Made by a program: the position numbers and the translations under genes. A DNA stretch of 64,000 nucleotides. Origin: Candidatus Poribacteria bacterium (lineage in GTDB: Bacteria; Poribacteria; WGA-4E; WGA-3G). The stretch is from the NCBI GenBank assembly GCA_965198235.1, contig OZ240248.1, positions 4,960,001 through 5,024,000 of the forward strand, given 5' to 3'. Below, piece by piece: positions 57,584 to 64,000 of the stretch. How positions within the stretch are numbered: position 1 is the first letter of the stretch; each line of letters opens with the position of its first letter. A model generated the notes under the pieces. The model was not told the DNA's origin, searched no databases, and was given only the letters and a program-made list of their open reading frames with translations.

Positions 57584-57789
57584 GGTTCGTAGTAGGGAAA
57601 CCATTCATTGCCCGTTATACACAGTTTTAGAACGTGCGATGAATCGCACGACTACAAACACATTCCCTCGTAGTCTGAAAACTATTTATTATCTGTTAAT
57701 TCCGAGCAATCCGATACGCGGAAGAGTCGGGGTTAGAAACCCCTCCCACAAGGTATTAAAATGTCCAAGTAATTCTATATTTTACTATA
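57584..57789. repeat. Composite repeat region: REP doublet, single REP and MITE-like end
   Basis: GTAG doublet 57584-57659, REP 57725-57749, end motif 57760-57789 matching 10513-10542. Confidence 0.65.
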
Positions 57790-57931
57790 AATACCCTAAC
57801 ATTCTTGAAGTTAATGTTGACTTTTTTGATTTTTAACGTTATTCTATTTGTAGGATTTCTGCTATCACTACGATGACAGAAATGTATCGACAAGTTCTAA
57901 ATTGTATTGACGGAAAACAGGAGGAGAAGAT

Positions 57932-58615
57932 ATGAGAATGGCTATTAGATTCTCAAAGTTAATCGTCTTGAATCTCATCGTGCTTTTGGGGGTCGCGTTT
58001 TCGCTACCAACTTTCGCAGGCACCCAATTGTGGGACTTTGAGGAAAAGCACGATGACTGGAAAGTCGCGAACGGAAATTGGGAAATCAAGGGCGGTATCT
58101 ACCAACTCGAAAGAGGCGGTAGAGCCGAACATTCTCTCGTCGGCGAAGAGGACTGGGACGACTACACCGTCGAAGCCAAGATCCGGATGGACGAAGGCAA
58201 TTGGGCAGGCTTAATCTTTCGAGCACAAAGTGAGCATGAGTATTACATCTACTACCTGAACGTTCCGAACAACAAGTCTGAGCTTTGGCGGCATAACAAA
58301 GGGGCGTGGGATTCGCGTGTCGCGATTACCAGTAATATTCCCGCCACTAAAAAAGTGAAGATAGAGAACGAAGAGTGGTATGATGTTAAAGTAATCGTTG
58401 AAGACGGTATCTTCCAACTGCATATCAACGGTGAACTTCAGAGTGAACAGAAAGACGATGCCTACAAAACCGGCAAGATCGGTGTGTGGGGATGGGAAAC
58501 CGCCGCGAGTTTTGATGATGTCACTATTACCGGCGATAATGTCATAGATACCCTTGCCGTTGATGCGAATCACAAGCTCGCAACAACATGGGGTCGCCTC
58601 AAACGGGTCTATTAA
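57932..58615 (+). CDS. Secreted DUF1080 (3-keto-disaccharide hydrolase-like) protein with C-terminal KLAxTWG tail
   Basis: Signal peptide ending TFA, WDDYTVEAK, AGLIFRAQ, GKIGVW, FDDVTI, ends AVDANHKLATTWGRLKRVY. Confidence 0.85.
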   Translation: MRMAIRFSKLIVLNLIVLLGVAFSLPTFAGTQLWDFEEKHDDWKVANGNWEIKGGIYQLERGGRAEHSLVGEEDWDDYTVEAKIRMDEGNWAGLIFRAQSEHEYYIYYLNVPNNKSELWRHNKGAWDSRVAITSNIPATKKVKIENEEWYDVKVIVEDGIFQLHINGELQSEQKDDAYKTGKIGVWGWETAASFDDVTITGDNVIDTLAVDANHKLATTWGRLKRVY

Positions 58616-58766
58616 TTTTCGGTAAAGTTCAGCCTCAGAAGTTTTCTACACGAAAACCTTGTTGAAGACTTTTGAGGCAACCTTAATTTGGGCTTGTAGC
58701 CACGCTTAAGCATTTTCAAAGCGGTCTTCGGACAGGTTATCAAATATGGTTAGAAGGAGTGGTTTG

Positions 58767-59435
58767 ATGAAATATCTTTTTTCAATCGTTGTAAGTTGGT
58801 GTTTTCTCGTACTCGTAGCCTCCTTCGCTTTTGCGGGAGAGCAAGTATGGTCATTTGAAGCGGATGCAGACGACTGGGAACCTGCTAACGGTTCTTGGAG
58901 TATTGAAGATGGCATTTATAAACTCGCCAAAGGCGGTAGAGCCGAGCACTCTCTCGTCGGTGACGCTGAGTGGGAGGACTACACTGTTGAGGCGAAGGTT
59001 CGGCTTGATGAGGGAAATTGGGCAGGTGTTGTGTTTCGCGCCCAAAGCGAGATGGAATACTATGTTTACTATCTCAATGTCCCGAATAACAAAACTGAGC
59101 TATGGCGACATAAGACAGGGGCATGGGACGCTCGTGACAAGATCGGCGAACTCGCCGGAGCTAACATAACTGTCGCGAACGGCGAATGGTTTGACATGCG
59201 AATCGTCTTAGAAGGCACTTCGATGAAACTCTGGATTAACGGTGAAGACCAGGGTGAACTTAAGGATGAAACCGGTGCTGGATACCCCGCCGGGCAAGCC
59301 GGTGTCTGGGCGTGGGAAACTGCCGCGAGTTTTGATGATGTCACGGTCTCTGGAGACGCTATCGTCGGTCTTACTCCGGTGGAGCCGCAGGATAAATTGG
59401 CGACGACATGGGGACGTATTAAACAACGTTTTTAG
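58767..59435 (+). CDS. Secreted DUF1080-like protein, tandem paralog, C-terminal KLAxTWG tail
   Basis: Paralog of 57932-58615. Start ATG 58767 after AAGGAG. Ends PVEPQDKLATTWGRIKQRF. Confidence 0.85.
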   Translation: MKYLFSIVVSWCFLVLVASFAFAGEQVWSFEADADDWEPANGSWSIEDGIYKLAKGGRAEHSLVGDAEWEDYTVEAKVRLDEGNWAGVVFRAQSEMEYYVYYLNVPNNKTELWRHKTGAWDARDKIGELAGANITVANGEWFDMRIVLEGTSMKLWINGEDQGELKDETGAGYPAGQAGVWAWETAASFDDVTVSGDAIVGLTPVEPQDKLATTWGRIKQRF

Positions 59436-59470
59436 GTGGTGTTTCCATTTCACCGCTGGGACGGTAGCAA

Positions 59471-61322
59471 GTGGTACGGAAACTTTCCTATTACACAGTC
59501 GTGTTGGTGGTGCTTGTCATGTGCTACCTTACCTTCTGGCAAGTTCCGAGCGCGTTCTGCCAAGAAAGTAGGTCCTGACGACATCACAGCACAGATTCGT
59601 GCTTATAAGGCGGAGCTGGCTGTTGATAGTGCTCAGGTTAAAACTCGACTGCAGCTCGCGAAAGTGTATCTCCAAATTGAGGCTTACACGGGAGCAGTTG
59701 ACGAGTATCATCGAGTCATAGCATTGATGGAAGCGAAGGCAGTTCCGGGAAGCGAAGAGATTGGGCACAACTCAGATATTTCCGCCGCCTACTACGGTTT
59801 GGGGTTGGCATATACCGGACTCGAAAAATTTGAAGACGCCGTAACTGCATATCAGCGTGCCATTGGGTTCGTTCCCGATTGGGCATATACACATGCAGCT
59901 TTGGCGAGTGCTTACGCGAACATGCACCGTTACGCCGAAGCACTCGACGCTTACAAAGTGGCGAACGCTTTGGACCCGAACGATGAGATGATTCATCATC
60001 AACTCGGGAATGTCTATAGCAAACGTGGCGAACGTTCAGCAGCGATGCAGCATCAGCAACGTGCGATTGCCATTTCACCGGAATTCGCGGCTGCGCACTA
60101 TCAGTTAGGGCTCCTCTACGCACAAGAAAAACGGTGGACTGACGCGATCGCGTCGTATCGGACCGCGTATGCACACGATGAGACGTTAGTTGAGGCACTC
60201 TATAATCTTGCACAGGCATCCCTTCGCGCTGGGAATGCATCGGCAGCGCGTGAGCAGATGGCACTCTTTGAGGAACGAAAAGCCGCCCTGATACCTCTGC
60301 ACCAGTTGCGAGGCGCGTTGCAGCGGACGCAAGATACAAGTGAACGCGCCCAGATTCTCACCAACATTGCGAGGCTTTATCTCAAAAACGGGTTTTACGA
60401 GAAAGCAGTCTGGGAGTACCAAAAAGCACTTGGGATGAACGCACAACTTGCACCTGCTCACAACGGCTTGGGTATCGCTTATACGATGCTTGAGAAATAC
60501 TCGGAAGCCGTTACTGCACAGCAGAAAGCGTTGGCACTCCAACCGAATTTCGCGAAGGCATACGCTGGACTCGGTTTAGTATATTTCAGGCAGAATAAGG
60601 CAGAATCCGCACTGGAACATTACCGACACGCAGTCGCTTTGGAGCCCCAATTTTTGGAGGCGAATCTGAAGATTGGAATAATTCTGCTGAATCAGAAGCG
60701 TTATGCGGAGGCAATTGATACGTATCTGGCAATCCTTGAAATTAAGCCCGACGATCCTGAGATATACCACAACTTGGGATTATGCTATGCGCATCAGGCG
60801 AAAGCTGCACGTGACACGCGCCGATCTCCTGAAGATTTGACGGTTTCTGCATTGGAGGCACTTGAAAAGGCGGTTGCGCTTTCGTTATCTGACACCGATA
60901 ATTCAAACGAGGCGGAGCAATTACCTATTCAGCCCCCGTTTTTGACGGAGACCTACTATCTCATCGGTGAACTTCAAGCGAGTCAAGGGGATTTTGATGC
61001 GGCGGAGACAGCTTACCTAACGTCCGGCTTGCCGAAGGCGTATCATGCCCTTGCACAGTTAAGGGCAAAGTTTGCAAAGAAAAATAAAGAAAACGGCAAA
61101 CGTGGTGTGGATTTAGAAACCGCTCGGCGTTATGTTCAGGAAGCTATCCGCTTGGATCCGAACGTCGCGAGTTATTACAATACGCTCGCCCTCATTGATT
61201 TTCGGCGCGGCGATCATTCACAGGCAGAGAAAGCGATCCGAAAAGCGTTGGAACTTGAACCGGAAAATCGAAACTATCAACAGGGGTTAAAACAGATTTC
61301 TGGTAAATTAATGGCTGATTAA
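59471..61322 (+). CDS. Multi-TPR protein; signal peptide apparently separated by a frameshift near 59573
   Basis: Many TPR units (AAYYGLGLAY, AAHYQLGLLY, IYHNLGLCY). GTG 59471 frame encodes MVRKLSYYTVVLVVLVMCYLTFWQVPSAFCQESRS-stop, one base out of register with PDDITAQ... Confidence 0.8.
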
Positions 61323-61407
61323 ACACACGACGTAGAGTGAAATTGACAGATTTTCTTGGTTACGAAAAAGCGCACTTATCTGAAAGTAGAAGATAGAAAG
61401 GATTCGC

Positions 61408-62853
61408 ATGGCATACGACAGTCTCGCAGAGTTTGTCAAAACCTTGGATCGAGCAGGCGAACTCAAACGGATTAAAACAATTGTATCACCGGACTTGGAA
61501 ATCGCTGAAATCACCGACCGGGTGAGTAAAGCAGAGGGTCCCGCGCTTCTCTTTGAAAAGGTTGAAGGCAGTCGAATGCCGCTCCTGATTAATACTTACG
61601 GCTCTTATCAGCGAATGGCGATGGCACTCGGTGTCGATGATCTCGGGCAGATTGCGGCGGAAATTGAGGGTATGATTAAATTGGGACCGCCGGATTCCCT
61701 TCTCGATAAAATAAAAATTCTCCGACTGCTATCGCAATTGACGAACTTCCCTCCCAAGACGGTGAAAAAAGGCGCGTGTCAAGAGGTCGTCCTTACCGGT
61801 GAGGAGGCATCCTTAGATATATTGCCGCTCATTAAATGCTGGCCCCTTGACGCAGATAAATACATCACCTTACCCCAGGTTTTCACGCATAGCCTTAAAA
61901 CGGGTCAACGTAACGTTGGTACATATCGTTTACAGAAAATAACGCCGCACGCTTTAGCGATGCATTGGCAAATTCACCACGATGGTGCCGCACATCATCG
62001 TGAATATCGGCAAGCGGTGCAACAGATGCCCGTCGCAATCGCACTCGGCGGAGATCCAGTGATGTCTTATATCGGCACAGCACCTCTTCCATCTGGGATT
62101 GATGAACTCCTATTCGCGGGGTTTCTCCGAAAATCGAATGTGCAGATGGTGCCTGCCAAGACGATTGATATGCTCGTGCCTGCAGATGCGGACATCGTGA
62201 TTGAAGGGTACATTGAGCCAAATGAAACCTGTATAGAAGGACCCTTCGGCGACCATACGGGATTTTATTCCTTGGCAGATGAGTACCCGCTCCTTCACAT
62301 CACGGCGATTACGCACCGTAAAAATCCCATCTATCAGACGATCATCGTCGGTAAACCGCCGATGGAGGATTGCTACATGGGTAAGGCGACTGAGCGGATC
62401 TTCATGCCGTTGATTAAAACGCAGCTGCCAGAACTCGTCGATATGAATCTACCTTTGTTTGGTGTATTTCACAATTTTGCCCTGATTTCTATTGACAAAC
62501 GCTACCCGTACCAGGCAAAGAAGATTATGCACAGCTTGTGGGGGCTTGGGCAGTTAATGTTTAGCAAAATTATCATCGTTGTTGATAAAGAGGTTAACGT
62601 TCAGAATGTCGAAGAGGTGCTTTTTTATGTCGGCAGCAATGTCGATCCAAAAAGGGATGTGACGATTGTCGAGGGACCTGTCGATGTGCTGGATCACGCC
62701 GCACCACTTATGGGTGCGGGATCGAAGATGGGCATTGATGCAACAACGAAATGGGCGGAGGAAGGGTATCAACGCGAGTGGCCTCAGGAGATACTAATGT
62801 CTGACGAGGTGATTGCGTTGGTCGATGAAAAGTGGAAAAAATACGGTTTTTAA
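61408..62853 (+). CDS. UbiD-family decarboxylase (menaquinone biosynthesis type)
   Basis: GPALLFE, NVGTYR, EGPFGDHTGFY, GKPPMED, KMGIDAT. Confidence 0.92.
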   Translation: MAYDSLAEFVKTLDRAGELKRIKTIVSPDLEIAEITDRVSKAEGPALLFEKVEGSRMPLLINTYGSYQRMAMALGVDDLGQIAAEIEGMIKLGPPDSLLDKIKILRLLSQLTNFPPKTVKKGACQEVVLTGEEASLDILPLIKCWPLDADKYITLPQVFTHSLKTGQRNVGTYRLQKITPHALAMHWQIHHDGAAHHREYRQAVQQMPVAIALGGDPVMSYIGTAPLPSGIDELLFAGFLRKSNVQMVPAKTIDMLVPADADIVIEGYIEPNETCIEGPFGDHTGFYSLADEYPLLHITAITHRKNPIYQTIIVGKPPMEDCYMGKATERIFMPLIKTQLPELVDMNLPLFGVFHNFALISIDKRYPYQAKKIMHSLWGLGQLMFSKIIIVVDKEVNVQNVEEVLFYVGSNVDPKRDVTIVEGPVDVLDHAAPLMGAGSKMGIDATTKWAEEGYQREWPQEILMSDEVIALVDEKWKKYGF

Positions 62854-63057
62854 TTTATTGCTTCTGGGCCGCTCTCCATTACATTACGAGCGGGTTTCTG
62901 GTTAAATCTATACTGGATTTGGGAATTTTGACGTTCCTTCGAGAAAACATGAAACCCTTAGCCTGCAACAACGGCGCGGGCGGATTTGAGAAACATGCGC
63001 AATGGACATAACGATCATTGTTTAACCGCAAGGAAAATTAAAAAAAGGAGTAAAGCC

Positions 63058-64000
63058 ATGGGAGAAACGATTTACGATGTTGCGGTGATTGGCGCGGGAC
63101 CCGCTGGCGCGCAAGCGGCGGTTTCAGCGAGCCATCAAATGCGGCATGTTTTGGTGCTGCACTCAGGAAAGGTAAGTTTTAGTCGGGGTCGCGCTTACTG
63201 GTCAAAGTCCGTAGAGATTGAAGATGCTCCGGTCTTTCCCGGTATTATTGGACCTCACTTTGCGAAGGAACTCATGAAATGGATGGAGAGCCGACCTGTC
63301 CTCGATTTCATGCTGGGTTCGGAGAAACGCAAGACTGGTATTGATATACGCGATGGAATGGTCACGAAACTCACACGGAACGGCGACCTATTTGAAGTCG
63401 AAGCATCCGCAAAAACGCTGAAACAAAATACACCTCCGGAGATGGCATCTTTTAAATCTCGCACCGTCGTTGTTGCCGCTGGATTTGATGATAAGTGGCC
63501 CGATATTGAGTTTGAACCGGATGCTGAGCGTTTATATAAACAGTATGTTACGGTATTTCGCTATGCAGGCAACCGAAAAGGGTGGCACGTCTGTATCCGT
63601 TGTGATGGACATCTGCATGTCAACGAGCATCTTGCGCTCCTCGGTGTTGGGGACTACATCTACGAGGCAGCGATTGGGGCACAGGATTTTACAGATAAAA
63701 TTACAATTCTAACAAACGGCAGACCGCATGGTATGTCACCACCTGTGTTGGAGCAGGTAAAGGCACGTAAAATTAATATCATTGAAACAAAGATTAAACG
63801 GCATATTGGTGAAAAAACGAATCTCTTGGGATTTGAGATGGTTGATGGGAGCGAATTGTTTTTCCACGGTTTCCTCGTTGATGAAGGACTCATCCCGAAC
63901 ACAAAGTTTCTCGAGGGGTGGGATTATCAGAGAGATGAGGAAGGCTTAATTGTCGCAAACGAGGATATGCAGATGTTGGATAGCAATGGGGAGCCGATTC
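63058..64000 (+). CDS. Thioredoxin reductase-like NAD(P)/FAD oxidoreductase, 3'-truncated by window edge
   Basis: Absent from the ORF track. ATG after AAGGAG, YDVAVIGAGPAG, VVAAG, CIRCDG redox motif, frame open to the window end. Confidence 0.88.
   Translation, partial: MGETIYDVAVIGAGPAGAQAAVSASHQMRHVLVLHSGKVSFSRGRAYWSKSVEIEDAPVFPGIIGPHFAKELMKWMESRPVLDFMLGSEKRKTGIDIRDGMVTKLTRNGDLFEVEASAKTLKQNTPPEMASFKSRTVVVAAGFDDKWPDIEFEPDAERLYKQYVTVFRYAGNRKGWHVCIRCDGHLHVNEHLALLGVGDYIYEAAIGAQDFTDKITILTNGRPHGMSPPVLEQVKARKINIIETKIKRHIGEKTNLLGFEMVDGSELFFHGFLVDEGLIPNTKFLEGWDYQRDEEGLIVANEDMQMLDSNGEPI

Noticed and set aside
58767-61322. Stop-codon readthrough fusing the DUF1080 protein to the in-frame TPR ORF at TAG 59433-59435
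   Set aside because: The intervening peptide is not protein-like, the KLATTWG tail marks a true C-terminus, and a better signal-peptide start exists in another frame.
1-64000. tRNA, rRNA or known riboswitches
   Set aside because: No cloverleaf or recognisable conserved RNA motifs were seen by eye. A covariance-model scan would be needed to exclude them fully.

Overview
Bacterial chromosomal window of moderate GC with about 50 CDS and no rRNA, tRNA or CRISPR array. The many secreted LamG/DUF1080 proteins ending in KLAxTWGxxK and the repeat-rich intergenic DNA suggest Candidatus Poribacteria or a relative (inference). Housekeeping genes: accD (partial), topA, ftsEX, polX-PHP, gmhB, rfaE1, wza/wzc-like, glpD, livKHM, kdsB-pyrG and a ubiD-family gene. 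These are mixed with transporter fragments, a PhnY/PhnZ phosphonate pair, a complete tnpB-only IS200/IS605 element, a tnpB remnant, MITEs and GTAG-type REPs. Main observations: (1) five signal-peptide proteins from two sequence families share a 16-residue extreme C-terminal tail, (A/D/P)V(E/D)(A/P)xxKLAxTWGx(L/I)K, which looks like an uncharacterised protein sorting/export tag; (2) a dispersed family of 11 intergenic hairpins has covarying stems around a conserved 13-nt loop with a GNA mini-triloop; (3) a 21-nt AACCGCAAGGAAAATTAAAAA motif recurs upstream of four genes; (4) FtsE lacks its catalytic Glu and switch His; (5) a SLATT-like 2TM gene pair lies near a Schlafen/AlbA_2 gene; (6) two genes are split by single-base frameshifts.
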